Source: Dicyema japonicum (lineage: Eukaryota; Animalia; Dicyemida). Taken from it: DNA of 64,000 nucleotides. Both the position numbers and the translations under genes were made by a program. Of the stretch, positions 51,537-64,000 are shown piece by piece (within the stretch, counting starts at the first letter, position 1; every line of letters starts with the position of its first letter). The stretch spans positions 1,378,360-1,442,359 of the forward strand of contig RDEW01000001.1 in NCBI GenBank assembly GCA_011109175.1. Direction: 5' to 3'. The notes under the pieces are model-generated. The model was not told the origin of the DNA, made no database searches, and saw only the letters and a program-made list of their open reading frames with translations.

Positions 51537-51644
51537 GAATCAACTAGTGTTATGTCCTTTTAAATTTCTGAGTTTGTTTTTACTTGTTTTAAATTGAAAT
51601 TTGATTTAGTGTTCTATAGTTTAGAATCTGCTAGGAATGGGAGT

Positions 51645-52430
51645 TACCTCTCATAATCGCGAGCCCAATGCTCGAGAAAAACCATCGCATCATTCTAGGT
51701 TCGCCCTTCCACGGTCCAATAACACCATACGTCTCAATTCAGATCGGCTGGAAAACAAACCGGTCCACGATGCCGTGGTATTTACTCCTTTTTTAATAAA
51801 TTCGGCAGTACTCGCTGCGGAATCCAAGTGCAACGATGACTTAATCAAATTCCCATTAGAGAAAGTTTTTATGTACGTTGAATCCCAAGCAAGACACTTT
51901 CCTCGGCTCCATGGCATAGTTATTACGCCTTCCGGCCTCTCACCATCACTTCTGTCAAGACCGACGAGTTCCAGAAGGAAAGTAAACCCGGTGTCTTCGA
52001 TAATTCTCATGACAGTCACGTTTAACATAGTGTGGTGAGGGAATCTCCCAGAGCTCCTACTGCATGAAAGATGATAGTCCTTTCCTGTAAGCCATCCCAC
52101 CACATCGGCATTGGTGTTCCAAGCAGACTTCAAAACCTAGCCAAAGAGCAATTCCAAAGTGGATTGTATTCCCGTCAAGCAGAGTACCAACTGCCCGTAT
52201 TGAGAAGCCATTGAGCCAGGACCCTGAATTCTCAGCAGAAGCTGCATTCAGAGATGTGTAGTGTCGTTGACTCAACAACCCTGAGGGCGGCGCGGATATC
52301 CACTTCGATGAGCTTTCGTCCTACTCTTTTCTGAAAGTTATTGTTTCTGAAGGAGTCCATACTATTATCCCGTTCTTGTAAGAGTTCCCCATGTCTCAGA
52401 GTTTTAGTTTTGAACCGGGATGACAAAAGC
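51645..52430 (-). mobile_element. CRE-clade non-LTR fragment (zinc knuckle + RLE)
   Basis: SGSWLNG, CLEHQCRCG, GRFPHHTMLN, GERPEGVITMPWSRGKCLAWDST, AIMRGNSHS*. Confidence 0.85.
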
Positions 52431-52838
52431 TTTGTATATTCTAGGCCTGGTGTTTAATCCTATCCTCTTCTTGTGGCTCCATATTGACGATTTTTTTCAG
52501 TGCACTCATAACAAGGATCTTCCTACGAGTAACATCTTCAAAGTCTCCTAGAAGCGAGCTAACCTTCTTTTGCCTTCTCCATGACTCGTCCGATCTCCGA
52601 TCAGTACGTGTAAGCGTTGTAAACTCAATTTTTACGAATAAGAACCATTTCGATAATATGTTTGGGAGTACGTGAGCATGCGCTGAAGTGTTTGAGTATT
52701 TTCAGAAACAAAATTATCTCGTCATAATTGTTTCTAATCAGGGCCCTGAACTCTCATAGTGCAGCTTCAAGGTAAACAATAAAGAGGACCAGGGATAGCG
52801 AGTCCCCCTGTGGAACTCCACGTAAAGTCGGAAAAAAG

Positions 52839-53245
52839 TTGGAGGTACTATACACATTTCATAGAAATCAATTGAGAAAAATTGCGGGAATCAAATGGCC
52901 ACAGATTATCAAAAACGACACTCTCTACAAATTATGTAAATGCAAAAAGGACAAGCAGAGAAGTAATTACCTCACGCTGGCGACTTTTCAGACATGTTCT
53001 GAGAATGGACGAAGTGATTCCTTGCAATCAATCATGGAAGATTACTATTCAAATCACGGAATTGGATTGGGGTCGGCCAAGATGTACGCTTCCCCTCTGC
53101 CTGAATAACGATTACGCACGATTTGGCGGTCAACTCAGAACTGGAGACGATCTCGAGGATATTCGTAAACGCGCGAGGAACAGAGCTAGATGGAGAAGGC
53201 TGATTGGGAGGATAGTCGAGTGCACGGCACAAGCGAAACACTAGC
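52839..53245 (+). mobile_element. 5'-truncated RTE-type LINE
   Basis: FHRNQLRKIAGIKWP, SRWRLFRHVLRMDE, GDDLEDIRKRARNRARWRRLI. Confidence 0.85.
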
Positions 53246-55433
53246 CATTTACGTGCCTATGACAACGCGGGAGTGCTATTAACTAACTAAGTGCTGGCAC
53301 AGTATGTTATACTTTATTGCATGAAATTTTGAAACTATCAATGCTTATAATCTTTCATATGTTTTTATTAATTTGTAGCATTCTTTTGAAATTTTAGTCC
53401 ATTTCTCGCGGCAAAATATTTTTGCTAATGGAAGACTTTTTTAGATCTTTATTTTTTGAATTATTGGCTCCGAAGCAAATGGAAGATTCAAAGAATCGTT
53501 GAAATTATTAGAGAAAATAATCAAAGGGAAATATGAAGTGTGGGAATGGCAAGACTTAAAAAATAGTTAATTTAACTGTTCTTTGAACTTTGTAAATTGA
53601 TTGATAGATTTAAATTAGTTGAAGGTTCAAGGTTAGGAAATCACAAAAATGTAACCAGTAGGTTGTGGGCCAACATTATTAACCTCGGATACATCGAGAA
53701 AGTTAACAGTAAACGACTAATTAAGTGTATCCAGTTTCCACTGCCACAGAAGCAGGTTCATCAAGAAACAGCATGAAAAGTAAATGTCCGTTCCTGTCAG
53801 TTGGGGGAGAGCAAATGATATTTTTTCGTGCCACTCTGTTCAAACAGTAATAGTCAATTAACAAAATGAATTGATGTAGCGTCAATTCGTCTCTTCTTTG
53901 AGCCTGGCCTACTCACACTTTCAGGTTCTTCCAAGTAAATAGTTTTGGTCGTCGTGGATTGGGTTTCCCTTTCCTCAATTTGATCATTCAGACTATCAAG
54001 CAACAACATCTTTCAACAGCACGGGCTTCGTCAATTATTCCCATGTCAATTTCAGTTTCCCACAAACCTTCTGGTGTGACAAACCTATATTTATGTCGGT
54101 GGGGGTTACCCTTACCCTCCATCTCATAATCGTTCACAATTCCCACTTCAACCATGTATCCATTAAGATCTTACACTTCCTCGTTCCGGAACATTGTATA
54201 TCCACTATTTTCTGTGGCTAGTCACAAAAAAGTGAGCGAGACATCCATACGTCACCATTTAACTATTTGTTTCGTTTTTTCCAATCCTCTGGAGCAGTCG
54301 ACCAATCGGTAAATCCGCTATTGAAGACATTGAAATAGCTTTACTTACACGCTTTGAATGGCCAACTTCCGTGGAGATGTCTTTATTGCAGCCTTAATGT
54401 TAATTATTGGTGATATTCTGACTGTTGATTTGGACTGATGTTATTGACAGCTTAATTGTGGTTGAAATGTCCTTGAATTTACTTTAGGATTACAGACAGC
54501 TGTTGTGGTTAAAACTGTCAATCAAGCAACGTCCCGAGGGCCAGAACCAAATACAATAGAATTTGTTGAAATGATTGAGCGTCTTGCAGGGTTGGAAATG
54601 GGAGACTAGAATGGATTAGCTCTTCTGGAATATTGGACTCAAGATCATAAGGGTGTGGACATCAGTCGAATCATGCGTGGTGTGAATGTCTCATATTGAT
54701 TTAGTTCTTGGTTCTCCTTCTCCTACTCAGTGGACATCGGATACGCGAGATTTTGGATAGAAGAAAGCAACAGGTATTCCAATGTTCGGGGATTATAATC
54801 TCGCCTGGCTCAAATTGGAGTTCCTTGGATATGCCAGTCTTGAGGAGGAACAGGGGAATTATTAGTTAACCATTAATTCTCGAATGTTCTTAATAATCCC
54901 GTCTCGGATCAAAGAGCGACTTAAAATGAGATTATAGCTTTGGATCAGTTTATACGGAAAATTTTTGTTGTCAAAAATTAGCTTTCGGTAGATCAGATAA
55001 AATTAAAACTTGATTTAAATTGTTAATTTTTCCTTCACTCATGTCACTTACAATCGCTCTATAGCCTTTAAGTACTATGGAATCTAGGATGGTGACTAAT
55101 ATTTTCCATCAGCTAGCATCCTATGCAGACGGGTGATCCTCCTAGTTCTTTCTGTCTCCTACTGGTTGGGGTTCGAAACAAATGATCCTTCAAAATCAGA
55201 TGATCTCCCAACTTAGGACTCGACGAGACTTGAAATAGATGATTCCCCAAGTTCTTTCAACTTTACGCTACGTCCATTTGTTCAGAACTTCAGTCTCTAA
55301 GACCGTCATCCTGTCCACGCTTACAAAAAGAAAAACATGAGCTAAGCACACATTTCGAGATAATAAAATCGCCCTAACACTAGGCTAATGTCCAATAAAG
55401 TAATTCAAGTGAAAGCAAAAAAATTCAAAAAAG

Positions 55434-56564
55434 TTAAGCATAATATTTCTTAACCAATTTTCGAAATTCAACCAAACTCTCTTCCACCTTAAAAAGTCTG
55501 GAGAGAAAGCAGGGTTCAACCCTCTTAGAGTCTGGTTTAACATTCTCCGAGAGATAACGATACATTTTCAAAAAATTATTGAAGATCTCACCAATCCTAA
55601 AGGACCCCTTCGTAATGTTGTTGCCTAAAGTAAGCCATAATCAACTTCTATCGAGGGGATCAATAACACAGATTCGGAATGAATTGTACCTCCCATGAAT
55701 GAAATAATTATTAGCCACGTGGTGTCCACTTTTGGTCTTGTCAAAAATACCGCCAAATGTATGCAAGAACTCAATAAGAGCTACGCCAAGGTTCTCCGAT
55801 AAAGGTTTAAACTCACAAGGCCTAAAATTCTGCAATTCAAACGAAATGGTGGACCTGCAAAAAGTTGACAATCAGCATCGTAAGACCATAGGAAGATAAC
55901 CCCCCGGTATAGACCTCATTCAAGTTTAGACACGAGAGGTAATATTTTAAAACGAGGACCAGATATTTCAACTCGTCGTACGTATTCATGTACCCCATTA
56001 TTTGGCAGGCATTCCTTAGACCGTTGTTTTGGTTGCAGCAAATGTCCACTTGAATCTCGGTATGTCGATCAGTGACCCTTACGATTGGGACCTTCAAATT
56101 ATTTCCGGAAATACCGCTGCCGTGTCGATTATTTGCACATCCTTAGGGATCCTGTGAGAGTACATGCAGTCACTTATCTGTTCGTAGGGAGGGATCGACC
56201 AATTATCGAAGAGGACCACGTCAATATCACTAAGTTCTTAAATTTGGAGATTACCTCCTAGGCAATGCCAGACCAATAATCGCACTCCCAAAGACTTCGA
56301 CACGTGTGGAAGGCCACCAATCTTGTATGGCATTTTTAATATTTGTGACGATGGACTGTCTCATTTTATTCTCTTCTCTTGTGGGCTTCATGTATTCGTA
56401 AAATAATCTTATTTCCTTGTCCAGTCTTTGATTACTTGGATAATGAACCCGTCAAGTCCTTCCAAATAGGAATGTCCATCCATCCAAGGACAGCCAGGGA
56501 TATTTTGTGTTTGGAGATCAACTTCCTCCGAGCTTTTAGTTTCCTCAATTTTTTGATCCCCCAT
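55434..56564 (-). CDS. TENT4: non-canonical poly(A) polymerase TENT4 (PAPD5/7, Trf4-like)
   Basis: Spliced FGSAIIGLALPRSDIDVVL, KVPIV, VDICCN, LNEVYTGGLSSY, FLHTFGG, IIDPLD. Confidence 0.92.
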
Positions 56565-57049
56565 TATTTGAATTCTTAAAATTAGATTAAACAAACGTAA
56601 CGTGACGGACTGAATATCAAAATTAATTATTTATATAAAATGTGATGCAAATATTATTTAATTTTTTGAATTTATTTTTTTAATAAATAATTAATAATTA
56701 ATCTAATATTAAAAAAACAGTCTTCAAATAGAAATTTTATTTTAATTTTAAAATCAAATAAAGAATTTGACCGCCATCTCAAACGAATCTTTAGTGAACA
56801 CGGCATTTTACCGAAACCGCAGATAAGATTAATTCTGTGAGGTTAGTTTTTAACCTTTATTTCTGATATTTTCTTATTAGATGAAGAATTTAGAATATTT
56901 AAATTAACATAATTATTAAGGTAAATCTGGATGCTTCAGGGGGCCTTGAAGAAAAGGGTTCCTACCTCGGTGGCCGGGAATATCAGTCACTTTATATTTG
57001 AAATAGATGAAGATTATGTTATCAGTTACATAATTATTTGCTAACTATT

Positions 57050-58050
57050 TTAATATGAAGGATAACCATGGGTAAGTTAAGATAGTACTCAGGCTTCGCA
57101 ACCATATAGGAAACTGTCGACCATTAAGGACATCGTCTCCAGGTGAGGTAGCTCTAAGAAACTTTCCATTTTCTTGTCGTTTTTAGAGTTTCGACAGCTC
57201 TTCTTTTCGGAGAGGTGAAGAATACACAAATTCCGCAAAAACAACATACTCTCAGACGGTATTCCGGTTGTCTTATTAAAAATCTTGGAGACGGGGGACT
57301 TACCTAACGTCAATTTTTATCGATTCGATTGACAAAAATGTGATACCGTTATTATGGAAACAGGCACTAATACGGTTTATACTGAAACTTGGAGGACCAA
57401 GGATCTCTTTTATCCTCTGCTCTGTTTAACCTCTTTCTGGCCGATCTCCCGACTCGTGAATAGGATAATGAGGTTCTACTCTCCTATGAGGATGATACTG
57501 TGTTGGCTTCGCGTGATCGGACATCCAGAAGGCCACAGAAAGAATGCAAGTTAACCTTAATGCCTGGATAATGGAAAGCCGGCTCATGGTGAATGCAGAG
57601 AAATTGTCTACGTCCTTTTTTTACCTCTGACAAAAGATTGGGAACAAAGACAGTCACCTTGAAGTTAAACAAGGTCGGCATCCCTTTCTACAGATTTCAA
57701 AGGATTTTGGGTGTGACACTTGATAAGCATCTCTGTCTGACACCACGCGAGAAGAAACTGAACTTATTAAAAAGTTTATCGGGAACATGGAAGAGTGGTA
57801 CTCACTCGGTCCCGGTAACTTGTACAGATAGTACACTGAGGCCATGCTTCTCATATGCATGTGCCTCGTGGGGACCGTCCATATCTTGAACAAAGATGAA
57901 GAAAATCGAGGAAATGCAAAAGAGGGCTTTCAGAGTAACGGAGCGTTAGATTTGTGGAGATCACCGAACCGGACAGACTCCTCTGGAGGCCCTTTTGATA
58001 CTAGACTCCAGATCACGGAAATGTGGCCCTGAAAAATCAGTCAGCTATGT
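57050..58050 (+). mobile_element. decayed LINE RT
   Basis: PLLFNLFLADLP, YEDD, ILGVTLD, YACASWGP. Confidence 0.7.
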
Positions 58051-58273
58051 AAGTTCATGCGCGGGCACAAGAGAAGAACACAGGGTAAAAGATGAGGCTT
58101 GTTAAAATTGTCAAATGGGTAGCTTGAAGCCTATGGGTAGCTTGTTTTTTACGTATTTCCATGGTAACCAGATATATACTACATAATATGAATTTCTTGT
58201 AATTATTGCATCACTTGATTAAGCACACTCCCTCTCACGATTTATATGGAATGCAAAGGTAATTAGCCATCAC

Positions 58274-58770
58274 TTGTTATTGCAACTGTCAGAAGTAAAA
58301 TCTAACGCAATGAGGTTCTTCGGTCGAAATGGTAAAGTAAATCAGCAAGGCTCCCTACGCGGAATCAACATTGTGAGCTCCCTGAAGTATCTCGGAACAG
58401 TTTTTGATAAATCTGGGAGTACATTGTGCGGTTTTAAACTCAAAAGGAAGAAAGCCCACCATGCGATCTTGTGTATGAGGAAATTGAGACTCGAAACGGA
58501 TATGTTTTTATTTATTTTTTCACGTACGATCATTCAATCACTCCTCTATGGACTGGAAGGATGTATTACAGTGCATACAAAGAGCGTTTTATCTTGCTTC
58601 TCGCAAAATCGAGGAGAGCAGGGTCAAAATTGCCTACACAAAGGCTCGACGAGAACCTATATGAAGATGAAAATTTGCTTGTAATGTCGATAAGAGATGC
58701 CAACATAAAAAATGGAACTTGCGGCATGAGGCCAACTAACTCCCTCTTTAATTTTCCTTGCTAATAAAGT
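58274..58770 (+). mobile_element. LINE RT C-terminal/3' fragment
   Basis: LKYLGTVFD; copy of the family at 35860-36258. Confidence 0.75.
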
Positions 58771-59448
58771 TGTTAAAGTTAAAAAGTTAAGTTTTCTTGT
58801 AACTCTTATAAGAAAAACATTTAAATAATTCATTAATTCTAAATAAAAAATAACTCCACTGTATTTATTAAATGACTAACCTAATTTTAACAGCATAGCT
58901 TTAGTGATTCATCATGTCTTAGTTTAAGGAGTTTATCAGAGATATTTTCGAATATGAACAAATTAAACAGGCTTTATGTGGAATTGATTTTGAGGACATA
59001 AGTACTCAAAAAAACGAGTTACGTGAAAAGGCCTCACATTTTTTACTTAGAAACGATAAGTTTTAAGTTTAATTCTGATTTAATTTAGACTTTTCTTAAG
59101 AAAAGACAGAAAAGTTTAGATCAGGTTGGAGTGGACTAACTACACTTAGTCCGCTTAGAGGTGCGAAGGTGGGAGTCGTTAAGCTTATGTGCGACATAAG
59201 GTACTCTGGCTACCTATGCCAAAGGAAGAGTTAGTATCAAACGCGGAGAATTCCACTTGTTGCTGGGATTCGGGAATGAAGGCGACGCTTCAGTTTTCGA
59301 AGCTGAGATCAATACTAAGGCACTTTTTGGGCCCGGGCACATACATATTCACGGGTCATTCCTAAGGGCTTCGGATTCACTAGTGCTAGTTTTCGGAGTC
59401 CCTCTGGACTTCGTGATGATGTACTGGAACACATCAAGAAGGCTCTAG

Positions 59449-59612
59449 TGCCAAGGATTTGGCCACACCAGCTCCCGGTGGACTTATAAAGAGAAGTACT
59501 TGAATTGCGGGCGTCCAAATTCGCGGAAGGCTTGCCAATCAAAAGTCAAGTCTCTCAAGTGATGAACTGTGGCGAGGAGGGACACAGGGCGAACCATTCC
59601 AGATGCCCTGCA
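59449..59612 (+). mobile_element. decayed gag-like LINE ORF1 with three zinc knuckles
   Basis: CQGFGHTSSR, LNCGRPNSRKAC and NCGEEGHRANHSRCP in succession. Confidence 0.65.
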
Positions 59613-60227
59613 TCAAAAGACTACTGAGAAGGTACTACAGGGGAGAAGGCAGGCACCCTCCTCTAGAATGGCTAGTGATATAAGCGCTATCCATCCTATG
59701 GTAAAAGGATATTGGAGCACTTCCGGCTCTACTATCACAAACGCCCTTAGGGATATTGTGTCGGTCTTAATGTCAAGACTTAAAAAAATAATTGTTCTTT
59801 TTTTTAAATAAATTCTTTTAAGCGGTCTGGCTGAAGCAACGAATTGGTATCGCAGTTGTTCCGCGGAAACGCTTACTCCGTGATGTCAGCAGCCGCTCTC
59901 TCCCATAGTTAATAAATAATATTTATTGTCAATAAATTTTTAATAAATTCTTCGTTAAATCTAGCAATTGATATCTTGTTACCATCATGAAAACACGTAT
60001 AAAACAAGCTGCCCATAGGCATCTAGCCACCCATGTGACGAAATAATCAGGATCACGTGATAATAGTTTGGTTTTACGCGTCTTGGGTTGTTAAATAATT
60101 AAAATAAAGGACGTGCGGGCTCGTGAATCCTCACCGGGAATAACCCGTGAAGAAGTCACTCGGAATTGGCTCGGATTGGCTAGAAGGCTGCGCCATACTC
60201 CTATTATTTATGTTCATTGGGTAATTC

Positions 60228-60295
60228 TGGACTGACCGAGGAAATTTGTCCTTGAATCATCTAGGCTTGAATTTTCGTGAAAAGATGACATTTTC
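60228..60295 (+). pseudogene. degenerate fragment of an MCMBP exon
   Basis: About three quarters identical by eye to 50679-50746 (GIDRGNFSLNYLGLN vs G?DRGNLSLNHLGLN), with two 1-nt gaps. Confidence 0.6.
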
Positions 60296-61719
60296 ACTCC
60301 TGAATAGACAAAATCCTTGAAATCATGGTTTCTTAGTAGCTTTTAGTTTCTTCGTCAAAAAGTGTCGCTAAAAGCAGAAATTATATATTCTGAATTCTAA
60401 AAGAAACCCCCACGTGTTCATCATAATGAAGTTTTAACACTCCCGGATTATGATCCTCATAACTCCACGAAACAGTACCAGATTAATTACCCCACGTCAA
60501 CAATTAAAGAAAACATTCTTTCAAACACTAAGTCGACAGAAAACAACTCCCTTGATATGGGGGGGTCCTCAACTTGACTTATGAGTAGGAATATCTCTCC
60601 GATCTGAGACTATGCTCCATTTTTTCAAGAGAGAATACGTTTTTATAAGAAGCCGATCCCAAATGCCCACACAACGCGACGAAGATTTGATCATCCAGCA
60701 TCTCTGTGTGAGAGGATGCTAAACTCTGGTTATACTGAAGACAGGATGAATTTGGTCATATTTGCACCGCAAGAAGTCAAAAAATCAAAGGACCACTCAA
60801 CACAAACAGTTACTGAAATCGTAATGGGTACGGGCCATTCAAAGTAAGCTCAAAGTAGAATGAAGCGGATATTTTTCTATTCAAAAAGTTTGATGAAATC
60901 TTGAAGTTGCTACTCGGGTAATTTGAAGTCTGTTGGAATGAAAAACCCTCCACAAAAATGAACTATTGCCTAGTAAACTCGAAAACTTCACAAGGCCAAG
61001 GTGGGGATTTCACCGATCGCTCTAACCTGGGATGGTTTAGAATCGTCTTTACAAAGAAGATGGAAAAGTTCAGCAATACAATTTATTTCCGTATATCCAG
61101 GTTACTCAAGAAGACACGGGTTCTCTAAAGTACTCACATCTTCGGCCCTGGTAAACTCTGGGAGAGAAAAGGGTATGCTTGACGTTACATGGGAATGAAT
61201 CAAGCTAAAGGAGAAAAAAGTCGGTCGTCTTTGTTTTTCCTCATCCAATGAGACATCCTCAAACCACTGCATGTCAACTCCTCAAGTTAGTTGAAGCCGC
61301 GATGAACTCTTCAGTACACTACTTATTGAATGCATATGCTTGATTGGCACACTCACAAGAATTCTTCAATACAGTCCTCAAACCGTAAATTGTCAAAACC
61401 GCGAAAACTAATTAACTAAACAATCAAATTAACCACAGCCTAGTCTACAAGAATATTTTGTTTTTGAATTCAATAAATCAATTTATCGAATGAATTAACA
61501 TTGCAAACTTCATTTGTTTAATACTTACTAATAATGTTAATTTTAAACAAAAATAATATTAACAGCCTTTTCACGAGAGCCATAATATTTATAGCTCCGC
61601 ATAGGCAAGACACACACTTTATTTAAGTAAAAAACAGTTAATTTTAACTAATCGTAGAACGAGGGAATGATCTTCACTTTTTTTTCATTTTCTTGTGTGT
61701 GGGTCCTTTCTAGACAATC

Positions 61720-61875
61720 CAGATGACGGCGTATCCACTGATGACGGCGTTACTCGTCAAGCCCTTTTAGCATCGTAGATGCGTGGAACCTTCCACCAGG
61801 TGAACAGCTGCGGGAATCGAACCCGTAACCTAAGTCACTTTAGCCAGACACCTAACCGCTATGCCACCCGGATTT
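61720..61875 (-). mobile_element. tRNA-derived SINE
   Basis: Pol III A box TGGCATAGCGG (61856-61866) and B box GGTTCGATTCC (61813-61823), no acceptor stem. Body shared with 49555-49582 and 3223-3290. Confidence 0.7.
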
Positions 61876-61944
61876 TCTAAAAAATAAAAAAAATAAAAAA
61901 TAATAATTTATTATAAAAATAAAAAAATAAACTTAACTATTCTA

Positions 61945-62917
61945 ATGTCTATGCTAGTGGGTTGTTTGTCCTTTATTACTTTAGTCATTCTTTTTTCTTT
62001 ATTCTCTCTTACTGAAAGTACAGAACCGAATTCAACTTCTTCCACTACCAAGAATTCAGCAGGCACAAGTAAGATGGATAGTCTTTAAATTTAGCATCCT
62101 CCAAGCCAACTACCAAAATTACCCAGGCGACAACCATTCAGACAACTACAACTAAACCTACTACAACCAATCCTACTACAACCAATCCACTACAACTAAT
62201 CCACACAACAAATCCACTACACCAAATCCACTACAACAAAAACAACCACAACCACCTCAGTTTCCACCAAATCTACTCCGTCGACCGTTCCTCTCTGGAC
62301 TTTTGCAAGAAACAATAAAGTGGAGGCCATTCTCAGCGCCATCGTGAATGTCACGTATACTGCACAAGGAAAGGTATATGAAATGCTTACAATAGAACGA
62401 ATACTATGTTTTCCCCAGGACAGCCTCTTTCACTGGGACCAACCAGACCAGCAACGACATCACACTCACATTGAGCTCGGATAACTTTTCTCTTAGTTTT
62501 ACAGCTTACATGAGCGAGTATGGATGCTACCACGTGAATGATACTGTCCTCAATACTCGTAGTTTGTTCGCTCATGTTTGCAGCCTACGGGAATGCTCGG
62601 ACTAATGCCACTTATGGGAATTCTGAGATGGGGGACTACTTTTTCTGCCGGAATCAGATGGTGAACTTTTCTAAGGGGTTTTCCGTGACGTTTTATAACG
62701 TGAAACTGCAGATGTTTCGACATGACGATGTTCGGGACTTTGTGGGAAACGGTTTGGCTGTTTTGTGAGTTTAGCAATTGATTGTATCCCCTCTAAGTTG
62801 AAGGCGAGCTACGTTCCCTTGGTTGTTGGGTCTGTGATGGTGGGAGTTCTTATTATCGTTGTGGTCACTTACTTCTCTCTTCGATATTATAGAAGGGCTA
62901 ATTACCAGGAAATATAA
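61945..62917 (+). CDS. LAMP/CD68-family lysosomal membrane glycoprotein
   Basis: Signal peptide, Thr-rich mucin stalk, N-glycosylation sequon-rich luminal domain, TM segment VPLVVGSVMVGVLIIVVVTYF, and terminal YQEI* (YxxPhi). Apparent frameshift in the stalk repeat. Confidence 0.8.
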
Positions 62918-64000
62918 TTTGATTTTTTGTTAGGTTTTTGGGGTTTTCGTATTTTCTTTTTTTGGTAGGACTTCCTAGTTTAGTGAAGTCTTGTATTATT
63001 TAGGGGCTATTGGAGATATTCCACCGGAAGGTTGGCTGCCATTGCAGATCCACGTTTTAGTTATACCAGAAGTGTTTCAGGAGGTGACTCGGAATTTGGG
63101 CCGATTACATTGTTAGCTTTCTTGCGGTGGTTAACTTGTGGAGGGAAGAAAGGGAAATGGCCATCGACCACGAAACATTTGGTAGGTCAATATTGGCTTG
63201 ATATTCCCATCTATAGCACGTGGACTGTGTTGAAATGTCCTATGGCTTTTATGCATAATTTTGAGGTTTGGTAATAGCATGACCATGCAAAATGTATTTC
63301 GATATATGGCACAGATACATAATTGATGCTTAGTGGTTACTGTGCTTTTAACTTATTCGCCGTCAATTACAGCTGTTACAGTACAAATAATGATCCACTA
63401 CCAAAACACTGACGCTATTTCTTCAAATCTTCTGATACTGGTTGGCGAACATGTGCTCGAAACTCTCTGTATATTGGTCCCCAGATGATAAAGACCACAT
63501 CATCTAAACTAAGACAGCTTGGATGGTTTTACTGAGCCTTTAAAAGGAGTTTTAACTATCCAGCGGTACTTTTGCCTAGCGTAACAGTTCGAGATGTGAC
63601 CCCATCTTCATGATTGTAATTACACCGACCATTGGTTCGAAATTTAGATTTGTCGAATTGATCATGAACCTCGTGTCCATCCGAATTTCAATTCTGAGTT
63701 ATCAAGATCCATTTGATGAGACCATTTTGCTTACTCATACATTCTAAGCTGCGCTATGACATGACTTTGGTATGCTTAACGTCTTCATTTTCTCTTGGTG
63801 GATACAACTTCTCTTCCCCTTTTTAAGGAACTCATGAGTTAATCAAAACCAGAGGATATAAAAAAAACGTCGGATACACCAACGTCATGGTTCAGACCCA
63901 ATTTGGCCAAAAATGGAGGCTCTGAACACTGCGGTTCATTTGTAATGTTAAACGCTTAGTTATTGTAAAGGGAATGGAGAACGGGACGCATTAGTCTTGC

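Noticed and set aside
53560-54720. Specific gene call (CAMTA or CBM48-like)
   Set aside because: Coding-like on both strands, but no consistent spliced model or diagnostic motif; left unannotated.
198-56564. Alternative genetic code or stop readthrough to explain short ORFs
   Set aside because: In-frame stops in the conserved genes I traced fall inside removable mini-introns, and the 989-aa LINE reads in the standard code.
60400-61330. Plus-strand gene of unknown function
   Set aside because: Long open segments with possible mini-introns, but no recognisable motif or complete model.
61800-61875. tRNA gene
   Set aside because: A and B boxes are present, but the acceptor and D stems do not pair and the downstream body recurs elsewhere; treated as a SINE head.

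Overview
Compact, AT-punctuated eukaryotic genome segment. The host genes are animal-type and are broken by very short GT-AG introns (about 20-27 nt in those I reconstructed by hand), so most are invisible or fragmented in the ORF track. This architecture resembles published dicyemid mesozoan genes; the taxon is an inference. Recognisable host genes: IGHMBP2/SMUBP-2 helicase, TBCA, Rab escort protein (CHM-like), BRI3, casein kinase I gamma, a very-KIND (KNDC1)-like RasGEF, a BAG6-like UBL protein, PISD, EMG1, NUP160, MCMBP, a TENT4/Trf4 polymerase and a LAMP-family protein, plus an orphan Cys-rich membrane protein. Much of the remainder is transposon-derived: one intact RTE-type LINE (989 aa, 13-bp TSD) nested in a Buster/Charlie-like hAT, two TAGGGC-type hATs with 8-bp TSDs, CRE-clade fragments, many decayed LINEs and a tRNA-derived SINE family. 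Best leads: (1) a short 5' leader motif GGTTGAGGTGGTGACGT shared by otherwise diverged LINE copies (internal promoter or captured spliced leader); (2) a hAT that appears to sit inside a 27-nt mini-intron; (3) the 19-Cys membrane protein; (4) a neuronal-type very-KIND gene in a reduced genome. Gene ends are approximate where noted, and all alignments were done by eye.
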